From: Thermoanaerobaculia bacterium | GTDB lineage: Bacteria; Acidobacteriota; Thermoanaerobaculia; Multivoradales; Multivoraceae | Assembly: GCA_963664405.1 (NCBI GenBank) | Contig: OY761158.1 | Span: 1,344,001 to 1,408,000, forward strand | Direction: 5' to 3' | DNA length: 64,000 nt | Shown here: piece after piece, positions 19,326-29,615 of the stretch | Numbering within the stretch: position 1 is the stretch's first letter | How the letters are laid out: every line of letters begins with the position of its first letter | Made by a program: the position numbers and the translations under genes | The notes under the pieces: model-generated | The model's input: only the letters and a program-made list of their open reading frames with translations | Databases searched by the model: none | What the model was told of the DNA's origin: nothing

Positions 19326-21277
19326 CGTCCCTCGTCCTCACTATTGCCCACGAGCGCGTCGATGGGCCGACGCAGATAACGATCACAGAAGCGGAGAATC
19401 GATTCATAGGCCCGCTCCTGGTTTTCTTTCTTGACGAAGCCGTGGCCCTCATCGTCGAACAAAACGTACTCGACCGGCACGCCGTTGGCTCGTGCCGCGG
19501 CCACGATCTCGTCAGACTCTACTTTGAGGACACGAGGATCGTTAGCGCCCTGGAGGACCATCAAGGGCTTCCTGATATTAGCGGCGTGGAAGAGAGGAGA
19601 CTTGGCATTGAAGAACTCCTCGTCGTCGAAATCACCCATCTCTTGTACCAAGCTCGCCCGGATCGCTTCCCACCAAGGTGGAGTGTTCTGGACCGTTCGG
19701 TACCAGTTGGAGATGCCGTAGAGATCGATCCCGACAGCGAACTCGTCAGGACGGAAGGTGAGAGCCGCCAGAATCATGTAGCCACCGTAGCTGCCGCCGA
19801 TGATACCGATGGCCTGCGGATCGATCCATCCGGTGGCGGCGAGCATGGCCTTGCTGGCAACGACATCGTCGAGATCCGCATCACCGTGCTTGCGATCGTC
19901 CAGGTGGAAGAAGGTCTTGCCGTAGCCGCTCGAGCCACGGTTGTTGATCGCGTACACGGCGTAACCGTGGTTCACCAGGTATTGGATGAGCCCGCTGTAG
20001 CCGACTCGGCTCTGCCCTCCCGGGCCGCCGTGGACCCACACCAGGGCAGGCACCGGGTTTGTCACGCTCGCCCGATGTGGCCGATAGAGGATCCCAGGAA
20101 TCTCGAGGCCGTCGTAGGAAGCGAAGCGTTCGACTAGCCCCTCGACGAGATCCGCCGGGTCGATGGCGGGGTCGAGCGAGCTGGTGAGCCTCGTGGCGGC
20201 GGCTTCTCCGATCCGAGCATGGAAGAGGTCGCGTGGCATTCGACCGCTCGAGGAGTAGAACGCCAGATTCTTGTCGTCTCGCGCTATCGCCACCGTACCG
20301 ACCTCAGCGTCCGGAAGCTCGGGAAGTGAGACCCTTTCCATGGTTGCGGTCTCGTAGAGCCGAAGCTCGGTGCGGGCATCGACATTGACCGACGTCAAAA
20401 GATAGGCGCCGGAGTGCGACAACGCGACAGACATCACCTCCCAATCGGTCTTCTCCACCACTTCTGTCTCGCCCGTCTCCAGCTCGAGGCGAGCGAGATA
20501 CCGGAAGTCATGGGCGAGGTCGGTGGTGTAGTAGAGGAAGCGACCGTCGCGGCTGAAGCCCATCGCCGAATTGGCAACCGCCTCGTCGTCGTCGGTGAGA
20601 AGCCGTGTCGCGCCAGAGAGCAGGTCATGAAGGTAGAGGTCCGAATCGGCGTTGGTGACCCTCCTGCCTAGTACCAGGGAGCGGCGGTCCGGGGAGATCG
20701 CAGCGAGATCCATACCCGCATCGTTCTGGTAGAGCCGCTCGCGATGGTAGTCGCGGACGCTGTACTCGTAGAGGTCGAAAAAGCGAGGGTCCCTCTCCGT
20801 CGTCAGCAGGAAGAAGGCGTCCTCCCCCTGCGACCACTGAAGAAAAGCCGCCTTGGTGTCTTCCCCGGGGGTCAGGTCTGTGACCGTCCCATCGAGCTCC
20901 CGGACGTAGATGTGGCTGCGCTCGTTGCCACCCCGATCGGTCGAATAGAGGAAGCGCTCGTCGGCAGGAAAGTAGGACACGGCACGGATCGACTCTTCGG
21001 TCGAGTGGGTCAGAGCCACCGGCTCGCCACCGCGTACCGGGATCGAGTAAGCATTGAAGATACCCGTCGCATCGCTCGACACCAGGATCTTGGTCGCGTC
21101 GGGTGAGAACGAGGCGCCACTGAATCCAGTGCTGCCGAGGATCTCCTGAATGCGGTACGTGCGCGAAGGGCGAGGCGTTTCGCCGGCCGGTGCGAGCGCC
21201 TCCTGATCGGAACAGCCCGATAAGAAGACACCCGCCGACAAGCAAGCCGTCAGGGCGAAAGGGGCAACAGTTCTCAT
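19322..21277 (-). CDS. S9 family peptidase (lipoprotein)
   Basis: LSGC lipobox, beta-propeller region, HGGP, GGSYGG, QGANDPRV, DEGHG. Confidence 0.95.
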   Translation of the reverse strand: MRTVAPFALTACLSAGVFLSGCSDQEALAPAGETPRPSRTYRIQEILGSTGFSGASFSPDATKILVSSDATGIFNAYSIPVRGGEPVALTHSTEESIRAVSYFPADERFLYSTDRGGNERSHIYVRELDGTVTDLTPGEDTKAAFLQWSQGEDAFFLLTTERDPRFFDLYEYSVRDYHRERLYQNDAGMDLAAISPDRRSLVLGRRVTNADSDLYLHDLLSGATRLLTDDDEAVANSAMGFSRDGRFLYYTTDLAHDFRYLARLELETGETEVVEKTDWEVMSVALSHSGAYLLTSVNVDARTELRLYETATMERVSLPELPDAEVGTVAIARDDKNLAFYSSSGRMPRDLFHARIGEAAATRLTSSLDPAIDPADLVEGLVERFASYDGLEIPGILYRPHRASVTNPVPALVWVHGGPGGQSRVGYSGLIQYLVNHGYAVYAINNRGSSGYGKTFFHLDDRKHGDADLDDVVASKAMLAATGWIDPQAIGIIGGSYGGYMILAALTFRPDEFAVGIDLYGISNWYRTVQNTPPWWEAIRASLVQEMGDFDDEEFFNAKSPLFHAANIRKPLMVLQGANDPRVLKVESDEIVAAARANGVPVEYVLFDDEGHGFVKKENQERAYESILRFCDRYLRRPIDALVGNSEDEGR

Positions 21278-21302
21278 CCGCGCCAGCCTACCTCAGGGTC
21301 TA

Positions 21303-21468
21303 CTAGACCAGCGTTTCCAAGGTTCGTGCTGCATAGCTCGAGCTCATTCTGTTCGCTGGCCAGGCGCGCCGAGGCAGGCATATTGGGCAATATGTCGAGG
21401 AGGCGCAACGCCGGCAGCGGGCAGAAGGGGCCGAGATATGTGCGCGAACTCTGGAAACGCTGGTCTAG
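21303..21468. mobile_element. 166-bp CTAG-bounded palindromic MITE-like element, family B copy 1
   Basis: Ends CTAGACCAGCGTTTCCA / TGGAAACGCTGGTCTAG; centre CATATTGGGCAATATG; core homologous to 46517-46682. Confidence 0.8.
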
Positions 21469-21723
21469 GATGAGCCCTTGCAGAACCCGAGGCCAGGGGA
21501 CAGAGATGCCCCCCACGCCGGAGTGCCTGGAACGCGCGTGCGATCTGGATCGCTTCTTCTTCTGGATGGCGATCGCGGCCACCCTCTTCCTCGGGGCGAC
21601 ACTGGTCTGGGGCGTCTTCCTCATTCCCAAGATCGTGACGCGGCTGAAGCCGTCACCCAGGGCGAAGCGATAGCCGACGCCGGCGGGGGCCGCCATCACG
21701 CCGCCGGCCAGCCCGGGCGCAGC

Positions 21724-21834
21724 GGGGCTCAGGAGTCGAGAGAGGCCTTTCTCGCGCTTCCTGAGGAGCACAAAAACGCGATCGTCGCCCTTCTCCTCAG
21801 CCTACGCAACTTCGCTCCAGAAACGAGCTCCTGA
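21724..21834 (+). pseudogene. C-terminal remnant resembling di-heme (DHOR-type) oxidoreductase tail
   Basis: AQESREAFLALPEEHKNAIVALLLSL resembles the EAxxSRxxFxxLxxxExxAxxxFLxSL tail; no upstream body. Confidence 0.5.
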
Positions 21835-21862
21835 CCGGGAGAGCACCTCTACCGCGCGAGAA

Positions 21863-21891
21863 TTGACAATGGCTCGGCGCTTCACTATCGT
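21863..21891 (+). promoter_or_regulatory. sigma70 promoter of the nuo-like operon
   Basis: TTGACA-N17-TATCGT, ~125 nt upstream of nuoJ. Confidence 0.7.
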
Positions 21892-22014
21892 CCTGAGCGC
21901 AAGCAAGCCACGAGAAGGGGGAAAGTAGGCGCCAGTCGCCTGCGCGATCCTCGGTCCAGGGGAGATCCGGGCAGAAGGCCAAGTGGTCTCCGACTGCTAG
22001 TCCAGTTAACGACC

Positions 22015-22542
22015 TTGTCGACCACGCAGGCCATCTTCTACTACATGGCAGCCGCCAGTGTCGCCAGCGCGATGCTTGCGGTAACGCGGAAAAACCCGGT
22101 TCACAGCATGCTCTGGGTGCTGGCTCTGCTCATGCATATAGCCGGCATGTTCCTGCTCCTGGACGCCGAGTTCCTCGCCGCCGTGCAGGTCATCGTCTAT
22201 GCAGGCGCGATCCTGATCTTCTACCTCTTCGTGGTCATTCTGCTCGATCTGCCGAGCGAAGTCGCGAAGCCGAGATTCGGCAGGCACTGGCCTTTCGCCC
22301 TCGGCGTCGGGCTATCGTTCGTCGTGCTGGCCTGGCTCGCTCGAGCCGACACTCTCGATCCCGCCACAGCCGCAGCAGGGCTCGCATCAACAGCCACCGA
22401 CGGCCCAGCCCTAGGAAGTCTCGAAGGAATAGGTGCGGCGCTCTTCGGTCCTTTCGCTCTGCCTTTCGAGATGGCCTCGCTGATCCTGCTCGCCGCCATC
22501 ATCGGCGCCATCGTCCTTGCAGGAAGAAAGGCCAGCTCGTGA
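22015..22542 (+). CDS. nuoJ: NADH-quinone oxidoreductase subunit J
   Basis: NPVHS, AEFLAAVQVIVYAGAI, PFEMASLILLAAIIGA. Confidence 0.95.
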   Translation: MSTTQAIFYYMAAASVASAMLAVTRKNPVHSMLWVLALLMHIAGMFLLLDAEFLAAVQVIVYAGAILIFYLFVVILLDLPSEVAKPRFGRHWPFALGVGLSFVVLAWLARADTLDPATAAAGLASTATDGPALGSLEGIGAALFGPFALPFEMASLILLAAIIGAIVLAGRKASS

Positions 22543-22844
22543 TCGTGCCAATGACTACGGTTCTGGGCCTCAGCGCCATTCTTTTCGGCATCGGCGCCTT
22601 CGGATTCTTGGCCCGGCGCAATATCATCTTGATGCTGGTCTCGGCCGAAGTGATGCTCAACGCGGTAAACCTCAGCCTGGTCGGCTTCAGCCGCCATCTC
22701 GACGACCCGCGCGGCCAGGTGCTGGCGCTCTTCGTCATCGCCGTCGCAGCCGCCGAGGCCGGACTCGGGCTCGGTCTGGTCATCGCTCTCAACCGCAACC
22801 GACTGGGAACGGACGTGGCGGAACTGACCGAGCTCAAGTGGTGA
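22539..22844 (+). CDS. nuoK: NADH-quinone oxidoreductase subunit K
   Basis: RRNII, EVMLNAVNL, VAAAEAGLGL. Confidence 0.95.
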   Translation: MIVPMTTVLGLSAILFGIGAFGFLARRNIILMLVSAEVMLNAVNLSLVGFSRHLDDPRGQVLALFVIAVAAAEAGLGLGLVIALNRNRLGTDVAELTELKW

Positions 22845-22854
22845 GCGCGGGCTG

Positions 22855-24318
22855 ATGGAACCTTCCGTGCTGCCTCTCCTGACCCTTCTCGCTCCGGCCC
22901 TGGGGGCGGCTCTCATCGCCGTCACCGGTCAACGGCGGGCGAATCTCCGAGAGTTCTGGTCAGTAGCGGCAGGAGTGGTGATGCTAGTACTGATCGCCGC
23001 CATGGTGCCGGAGGTCTTGGCGGGTGGCGCACCTGGGCTGGTGCTCTTCCGCCTCCTTCCAGGCATCGAGCTGGCCTTCCGGGTGGACGCCTTCGGTCTC
23101 CTCTTCGCCACCGGAGCCTCGGCCCTTTGGATCCTCACCACCTTCTACTCCATCGGCTACATGCGAACTCTCGAAGAGCATGCGCAGACCCGATACTTCG
23201 CCTGCTTCGCCCTGGCTCTCTCCACCACGATCGCGGTGGCCTTCTCGGCCAACCTCTTTACTCTGTTTCTGTTCTACGAGGGTCTGACCATGGTCACCTA
23301 CCCCCTCGTAGCCCACAACGAAACCGACGAGGCCAGAGCCGGCGCCCGCAAATACCTGATCTATCTGCTCGGCGCCGCCAAGGTGTTCCTGCTGGCTGCC
23401 ATCATCCTGACCTACAACCTCGCCGGCACTCTGAACTTCCGCCAAGGGGGAATCTTGCCGGCCGACAAGGTTGCCGAACAGCCCACTCTTTTACTCGTCG
23501 TTTTCGCGCTCTTCCTGTTCGGGTTCGCCAAGAACGCACTGATGCCGTTGCACAGCTGGCTGCCGGCCGCCATGGTCGCTCCGACCCCAGTCAGCGCTCT
23601 GCTGCATGCGGTCGCAGTGGTCAAGACCGGCGTCTTTTGCACCCTCAGGGTGTTTCTTTTCATCTTCGGCTCCCAGGCCATGCGCGACATCGGAGCCGAC
23701 CAAGTGGCCTATGTCGCGGCATCGGTGACGATCCTCGTCGCCTCGCTGCTTGCGCTTGGCCAGGACAACCTCAAGGCGCGGCTGGCCTTCTCGACCGTGA
23801 GCCAGCTCTCCTACATCGTGCTCGGCGCGGCGATTCTGAACTCGAACGGGGTCCTCGGCGGAGTCGCCCACATCTCCAACCACGCAGTGTCCAAGATCAC
23901 ACTCTTCTTCTGTGCCGGATCGATCTATGTTTCGGCCCACAAGACCGAGATCAGCCAGATGTCGGGCCTGGCCAAGCGGATGCCGTGGACCATGGCCGCA
24001 TTTGCCCTAGCTTCGCTGAGCATCATCGGCATACCACTCACCAGCGGTTTCGTTTCCAAGTGGTACATCGCCCTGGGCGCTGTAGAGAGCAGGCACTTCG
24101 GGCTGCTCACCGTGCTTCTTGTCAGCTCACTCCTCAGCGCGGCCTACCTGGGACCGATCATCTACAAGGCCTACTTCGAGCCCGCGCCACCGGGAAACGA
24201 GGAGATCCATGAGGTGCCTTGGATGGTGGCGCCACTGACGATCACCGCCGCGGCAAGCCTGCTTCTGGGCCTCTACTCCACTCCAGTCGTGGAACTGGCC
24301 GGGAGGGTGATGCCGTGA
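22855..24318 (+). CDS. Mrp-type antiporter-like subunit (MrpD family)
   Basis: LFYE, KNALMPLHSWLPAAMVAPTPVSALLHAVAVVK, LAFSTVSQLSY, GFVSKWY; 487 aa, no NuoL tail. Confidence 0.88.
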   Translation: MEPSVLPLLTLLAPALGAALIAVTGQRRANLREFWSVAAGVVMLVLIAAMVPEVLAGGAPGLVLFRLLPGIELAFRVDAFGLLFATGASALWILTTFYSIGYMRTLEEHAQTRYFACFALALSTTIAVAFSANLFTLFLFYEGLTMVTYPLVAHNETDEARAGARKYLIYLLGAAKVFLLAAIILTYNLAGTLNFRQGGILPADKVAEQPTLLLVVFALFLFGFAKNALMPLHSWLPAAMVAPTPVSALLHAVAVVKTGVFCTLRVFLFIFGSQAMRDIGADQVAYVAASVTILVASLLALGQDNLKARLAFSTVSQLSYIVLGAAILNSNGVLGGVAHISNHAVSKITLFFCAGSIYVSAHKTEISQMSGLAKRMPWTMAAFALASLSIIGIPLTSGFVSKWYIALGAVESRHFGLLTVLLVSSLLSAAYLGPIIYKAYFEPAPPGNEEIHEVPWMVAPLTITAAASLLLGLYSTPVVELAGRVMP

Positions 24319-24578
24319 GCTTCCTGGAGAAGCAGCTGGAAGATCCGGTCCGCTTGAAAAGGCTCAAGCTCACTTTCTACGTCGGGCTTGTGCTGATTGC
24401 GGCAATCGAGATCCTCGCGCCGATCCTCTTCCACGGCGCTCACCATCATTTTGATTTCGAGGGCTGGCCCGCATGGGGCTCTCTCTACGGATTCATTTCC
24501 TGCGTCGCCATCATCCTCATCTCCAAGCTGATCGGCAAAGCCTGGCTGATGCGACGAGAGGACTACTATGACTCCTGA
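24315..24578 (+). CDS. Small 2-TM Mrp-associated protein
   Basis: GTG overlaps the upstream TGA; YGFISCV...K...RREDYY motif typical of the small ORF between mrpD paralogues. Confidence 0.8.
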   Translation: MSFLEKQLEDPVRLKRLKLTFYVGLVLIAAIEILAPILFHGAHHHFDFEGWPAWGSLYGFISCVAIILISKLIGKAWLMRREDYYDS

Positions 24579-26337
24579 GTGGGTGCATCCGGGTCTCCTG
24601 CTCATTCTGGGCGCCTGGCTCCTGCCCCTTCTCAAGGGCCGAGCCAAGCGCATCGGCATGCTCGCCGTGCCCTCGGCCGCACTGGTGGCCTGCGCTCTGA
24701 TGACGCCGGGAACCTACGGAGTTGTGCGTTTCCTGGGCCAGGACCTGATCTTCGGCCGCGTCGACCGACTGAGCCTGATCTTCTGCTACGTCTTCGCGCT
24801 GCTCGGCTTGCTTGGAATGGTCTATGCCCTCCATGTCGAGGACGACGCTCAGCACGTATCCGCCCTCACCTACGCCGGCGGCGCGCTCGGGGTGACGCTG
24901 GCCGGAGACTTGCTCTCGCTCTACGTCTTTTGGGAGCTGCTGGCGATCTCGTCAGTCATGCTGGTACTGCTGCGCCGGGAGAAGTCTGCCGTCGAGGCCG
25001 GGTTTCGCTACCTCCTCGTGCACGTATTCGGTGGACTCCTGCTGCTGGCTGGGATCGTCCTCCACTGGTCTCAGACCGGCTCCCTCGCCTTCGGCGACAT
25101 GGGCGCGTACGCGGGGAGTCTCTCCTGGGCCCTCATCCTCGCTGCTTTCCTGCTCAACGCGGCGGTTCCGCCGCTGGGAGCCTGGCTCCCCGACGCCTAC
25201 CCCGAAGCCACCGCAACCGGCGCCATCTTCATGACCGCCTTCACCACCAAGTCCGCGGTGTACGTATTGATCCGAGGCTTTGCGGGAACCGAGCTCCTGG
25301 TGTGGCTGGGTGCGATCATGGCGATCTACGGCGTGGTCTACGCGGTGTTGGAGAACGACGCCCGCAGACTTCTCGCCTACCACATCATCAGTCAGGTGGG
25401 CTACATGGTCTGCGGCGTCGGGATCGGAACCGAGCTGGCGATCAACGGCGCCTCCGCCCACGCCTTTTCGCACATTCTCTACAAGGCTCTTCTGTTCATG
25501 GGGGCCGGAGCGGTCCTGCAGATGACCGGGCTGCGAAAGCTGAGTGACATGGGCGGGCTCTACAAGACCATGCCCAAAACCCTCGGCCTCTACATGATCG
25601 GCGCCTTCGCGATCTCTGCGGTGCCCCTCTTCAGCGGTTTTGTCAGCAAGTCGATGGTGGTCTCGGCAGCTGGGGAAGACCATCGCCAAGCGATCTTTCT
25701 GATGTTGACGCTCGCCTCGGCCGGCACCTTCCTGCACACCGGCCTCAAGCTTCCCTACTACATGTTCTTCGGCAAGGACTCGGGAGTACGAGCCACGGAG
25801 CCGCCCAAGAACATGCTGGTGGCCATGAGCCTGGCGGCGGCGGCCTGCATCCTGATCGGAGTGTTCCCAGGGCTCCTCTACCGGTTCCTGCCCAACGCCG
25901 TCGACTACGCCCCTTACACCGTGGCCCATGTCACAAGCACTCTCGGCATGCTCGGCTTCACCGCGCTTGGCTTCTTCTTGTTGCTCAGTCACCTCGACCC
26001 GGTGAAGACTGTGAGCATCGACACCGACTGGTTCTATCGTCGAGCCCTGGCCGGCTTGGTGAAGCGGATCCTCGGCCCGCTGAGCCGACTCGAATACGGA
26101 TTCGTCGGCGAGATCTACGAGACCGTGATCCAGCGCCCGCTACTCGGAGTTGCCGATCTCCTACGCCGATTCGATAGCCGGGTCGTCGACTCCAGCCTCG
26201 TTGGCTTGGGACGGGGGACGCGAAGCTTGAGCGAGCGGCTCAAGACTGTAGCCAGCGGCCATGCCCAGCACTACGGACTGATCATGGCGGCCGGAATCCT
26301 TGCATTCTTACTTGCTCTCGTGAGCATCCTCGTATGA
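24568..26337 (+). CDS. MrpD-like antiporter subunit with NuoL-like C-terminal tail
   Basis: WLPDAYPEAT, FTTKSAV, LLAYHIISQVGYM, DTDWFYR, then EIYETVIQRP..FDSRVVD..SGHAQHY. Confidence 0.85.
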   Translation: MTPEWVHPGLLLILGAWLLPLLKGRAKRIGMLAVPSAALVACALMTPGTYGVVRFLGQDLIFGRVDRLSLIFCYVFALLGLLGMVYALHVEDDAQHVSALTYAGGALGVTLAGDLLSLYVFWELLAISSVMLVLLRREKSAVEAGFRYLLVHVFGGLLLLAGIVLHWSQTGSLAFGDMGAYAGSLSWALILAAFLLNAAVPPLGAWLPDAYPEATATGAIFMTAFTTKSAVYVLIRGFAGTELLVWLGAIMAIYGVVYAVLENDARRLLAYHIISQVGYMVCGVGIGTELAINGASAHAFSHILYKALLFMGAGAVLQMTGLRKLSDMGGLYKTMPKTLGLYMIGAFAISAVPLFSGFVSKSMVVSAAGEDHRQAIFLMLTLASAGTFLHTGLKLPYYMFFGKDSGVRATEPPKNMLVAMSLAAAACILIGVFPGLLYRFLPNAVDYAPYTVAHVTSTLGMLGFTALGFFLLLSHLDPVKTVSIDTDWFYRRALAGLVKRILGPLSRLEYGFVGEIYETVIQRPLLGVADLLRRFDSRVVDSSLVGLGRGTRSLSERLKTVASGHAQHYGLIMAAGILAFLLALVSILV

Positions 26338-27800
26338 CTGCTTACCCGGTCCTCACCGTCACGACGTTCTTGCCACTCGTGGGCGCGGTTCTGGTCCTCC
26401 TTGCCGGGAGCGGCGGGCGCGCGAAGGGGATCGCCCTGGCCACCGCCGCGGCCACCCTGGCAGTGTCGACACCGCTCTATCGCCACTTCGACAAATCATC
26501 GGGCAATCTCCAGTTCGTCGAGTCGCACCCGTGGATCCCATCGTGGAACATCAGCTATGGAATGGGCATCGACGGCATCAGCCTGGTCTTCATCTTTCTC
26601 TCCGCGCTGCTGACCATCCTTTGCGTCAGCGTCTCGTGGACCGCGGTGCGCACCAGGACACGAGAGTTCTACGCCTCGCTCCTGGTCGCCGAGACCGCGA
26701 TGATCGGGCTCTTCGCCGCCTCCAACCTGTTTCTCTTCTTCATCTTCTGGGAGCTGATCGTAATTCCGCTCTTTCTCCTCATCGGCATATGGGGAGGCGA
26801 GAGGCGGGTGTACGCCACCGTCAAATTCCTCATCTTCACTCTGGCGGGAAGCGTACTCATGCTGGTGGGCATGATCGCTCTGTACAACATCTGCGGCACT
26901 CTGGACTTCCGAGCCCTCGTCGCCGCTCGTGACTCGATTCGGCCTAGCCACCAGTTCTGGCTCTTCCTAGCCTTTCTGGCCGCGTTCGCGGTCAAAGTAC
27001 CGATGTTCCCGGTGCACACCTGGCTCCCCGACGCCCACACCGAGGCTCCCACCGCCGGCAGCGTGATCTTGGCGGGGATCCTCCTCAAAATGGGTGCCTA
27101 CGGCTTTCTGCGCATCTCGATTCCGGTCTTTCCGGACGCGCTGCAGATCTTCCTCACGCCTCTCCTCACCGTCTCCGCGATCGCCATCGTTTACGGTGCC
27201 TACGTGACCCTGCTCCAGAAGGACATCAAGCGCCTCATCGCGTACTCGAGCGTGAGCCATATGGGCTTTGTCACTCTGGGCATATTCACTCTCGATCCGA
27301 CCGGGGTCGAGGGAGCGATCCTGCAGATGATCAACCACGGGATCGTCACCTCGGCGCTCTTTCTGTGCGTCGGCATGATCTACGAGCGCACTCACACCAG
27401 AGAAATCAAGGACTACGGTGGCGTGGCCAAAGCCGCGCCCGTCTACTCGAGTCTGCTGGCCCTTTTCTGTCTGGCAGCCCTGGGATTTCCCGGCCTGAAT
27501 TCCTTCGTCGGCGAGTTTCTCATCGTCAGCAGCGCCTTCAGAATCGCGCCCTGGCTCGGCGCGATGGCGGTGTGGGGCGTGGCCCTCGGCACTACCTACG
27601 TAGTATGGCTCTTCTACCGAGTGGTCATGGGCAAGCTCAACCCCGGCCTGGAGAAGCTCAGGCTCGAGCTCAACACTCGCGAAATAGCGACGCTGGCTCC
27701 GCTGGCCATCCTCGCCGTAACTCTGGGGCTCAACCCTGATCTGGTGCTCTCCTACCTTCGCGGTCCCGTCGCCTATCTCCTCACCGGAGTCATGCCATGA
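26334..27800 (+). CDS. nuoM: NADH-quinone oxidoreductase subunit M
   Basis: GIDGIS, FWE, KVPMFPVHTWLPDAHTEAP, LLKMG, AYSSVSHMG, FVGEF. Confidence 0.95.
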   Translation: MTAYPVLTVTTFLPLVGAVLVLLAGSGGRAKGIALATAAATLAVSTPLYRHFDKSSGNLQFVESHPWIPSWNISYGMGIDGISLVFIFLSALLTILCVSVSWTAVRTRTREFYASLLVAETAMIGLFAASNLFLFFIFWELIVIPLFLLIGIWGGERRVYATVKFLIFTLAGSVLMLVGMIALYNICGTLDFRALVAARDSIRPSHQFWLFLAFLAAFAVKVPMFPVHTWLPDAHTEAPTAGSVILAGILLKMGAYGFLRISIPVFPDALQIFLTPLLTVSAIAIVYGAYVTLLQKDIKRLIAYSSVSHMGFVTLGIFTLDPTGVEGAILQMINHGIVTSALFLCVGMIYERTHTREIKDYGGVAKAAPVYSSLLALFCLAALGFPGLNSFVGEFLIVSSAFRIAPWLGAMAVWGVALGTTYVVWLFYRVVMGKLNPGLEKLRLELNTREIATLAPLAILAVTLGLNPDLVLSYLRGPVAYLLTGVMP

Positions 27801-29218
27801 ACCGGGTCGTTCTCGCCGATCTGGGATACGTCGTTCCCGAGCTCATCCTGCTCGGGATGGCCCTGGTGCTCATTCTCTTCGCCCGACGCATCCGCGAATC
27901 GCAGGCGGCAGCGATCGGAACGGTAGCGGCGGCTGTTGCGGCCGCCCTAGCTGCTATGTCGGGCTCCTCCGCAGAAGCCCAGAGCGCCTTCGCCGGCATG
28001 ATCGTAGTCGATGGCTACTCCAGATTCTTCACCGTCCTCATCGCGGCGGCGCTAGCATTGGCGACGCTACTCTCGACCCAAGACAGCGACCACGAAGCGG
28101 TCCCACGCGGCGAGTATCACTCCCTGCTACTGCTCGCCGCCGTTGGGATGATGATCGCCGTCTCGACGCCCGATCTCCTGACTCTTTACCTCGGGCTCGA
28201 GCTGATGACCGTCTGCTCCTACATCCTGGTCGGAATCACCAGAAAGAGGCAGGCGTCGATCGAGGGTGCGATCAAGTACTTCCTGGTCGCCTCCTTCGCC
28301 TCGGCTATTCTGCTCTACGGGATCAGCCTGACCTACGGCATCACCGGCGCTACCGACTTCACCGCCATTGCCTCCGCGCTCAGCGAGCACAGCCTCGGCA
28401 GCAACCCGCTCCTGGTGGTCGCCATCGTGCTGGTCGTCTGCGGGCTGGCCTTCAAGGTCGCCGCGGTTCCGTTTCACGCCTGGGCACCGGATGCCTACCA
28501 GGGCGCGAGCGCTCCGGTTGCCGCCTTCTTGGCGGCGGCGTCCAAGGCCGCGGGATTGGCGGCGCTCGGACGCGTGGTCCTGGCGGCGTTTGGCTCGCAG
28601 GCCATGGTTCTGTCGGTGATCCTGTGGGGACTGGCCGCTCTCTCGCTCCTCGCCGGCAGCATCGTCTCCATGGCCCAGACCGACATGAAGCGCCTGCTGG
28701 CCTACTCCTCTATCGCTCATGCCGGGTATGCCCTTCTCGGTCTGCTCGCCGGCACTCCAGAAGGCATCTCGGCAACCATGACCTACGCTTTTCTCTATGT
28801 GTTCATGACCCTAGGAGCCTTCGGCGTAGTAGTCGCGCTCGGCGAGCGAGGCGAAACTCTCGACGGCTATCAGGGCCTTGCAGCCCAGCGGCCGGCGATT
28901 GCAGGAGTCTTTCTCGTTTTCCTCTTGTCGCTGAGCGGGTTCCCTCCGACCGCCGGCTTCATGGCCAAGTTCACGGTCATTCTCAGCGCAGTACGCACCG
29001 GCCACGTCTTGCTTGCGGTGCTTGCCGTCGTATGCAGTGTGATCTCGGCCTTCGTCTACATGCGCGTAGCCGTCGCGATGTTCATGAAGGAGCCTCAGCA
29101 ACCGGCGCCGGCGCGCTTTCCAATGGCGGTCTCAGCCGCTCTCGCGATCGCCGTTGTGGTCACCTTGATGGGCGGCGTCCTCCCTGGACTGCTCTTGCCC
29201 TGGGCGGTTTCGCCATGA
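27797..29218 (+). CDS. nuoN: NADH-quinone oxidoreductase subunit N
   Basis: GLELM, EGAIKYF, FKVAAVPFHAWAPDAYQGA, KRLLAYSSIAHAGY, GFMAKF. Confidence 0.95.
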   Translation: MNRVVLADLGYVVPELILLGMALVLILFARRIRESQAAAIGTVAAAVAAALAAMSGSSAEAQSAFAGMIVVDGYSRFFTVLIAAALALATLLSTQDSDHEAVPRGEYHSLLLLAAVGMMIAVSTPDLLTLYLGLELMTVCSYILVGITRKRQASIEGAIKYFLVASFASAILLYGISLTYGITGATDFTAIASALSEHSLGSNPLLVVAIVLVVCGLAFKVAAVPFHAWAPDAYQGASAPVAAFLAAASKAAGLAALGRVVLAAFGSQAMVLSVILWGLAALSLLAGSIVSMAQTDMKRLLAYSSIAHAGYALLGLLAGTPEGISATMTYAFLYVFMTLGAFGVVVALGERGETLDGYQGLAAQRPAIAGVFLVFLLSLSGFPPTAGFMAKFTVILSAVRTGHVLLAVLAVVCSVISAFVYMRVAVAMFMKEPQQPAPARFPMAVSAALAIAVVVTLMGGVLPGLLLPWAVSP

Positions 29219-29258
29219 TCGTCGAAAGTACTGTAGATTCTCAGCGGGGCATACAGCT

Positions 29259-29612
29259 GTGAGTGAGTACATCGGGCTACTAGTCATCTCCTTCCTCTCC
29301 GCGGGGATCGTGGGTCTGATGATTTTTCTGGGCTCGACGCTGGGGAAAAAGGACTCCACTCCGGTCAAATTGTCGCCGTTCGAAGCGGGCATGGACCCCT
29401 TCTCCTTGCCGAAGGGGAGATTGGCGGTCAAGTTCTATCTGACCGCGATCCTGTTCATCCTCTTCGATGTCGAGCTCGTCTTTCTCTACCCATGGGCCGT
29501 GGTGTACCGGACCCTGGGGGTACTCGGCCTGGTCGAAATGGGTGTCTTTCTCGGAATCCTGATGGTGGGCTTCATCTACGCTTGGGACAACGGCGCCCTG
29601 GAATGGAAGTGA
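29259..29612 (+). CDS. nuoA: NADH-quinone oxidoreductase subunit A
   Basis: PFEAG, KFYLTAILFILFDVELVFLYPWA, GALEW. Confidence 0.96.
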   Translation: MSEYIGLLVISFLSAGIVGLMIFLGSTLGKKDSTPVKLSPFEAGMDPFSLPKGRLAVKFYLTAILFILFDVELVFLYPWAVVYRTLGVLGLVEMGVFLGILMVGFIYAWDNGALEWK

Positions 29613-29615
29613 TAT

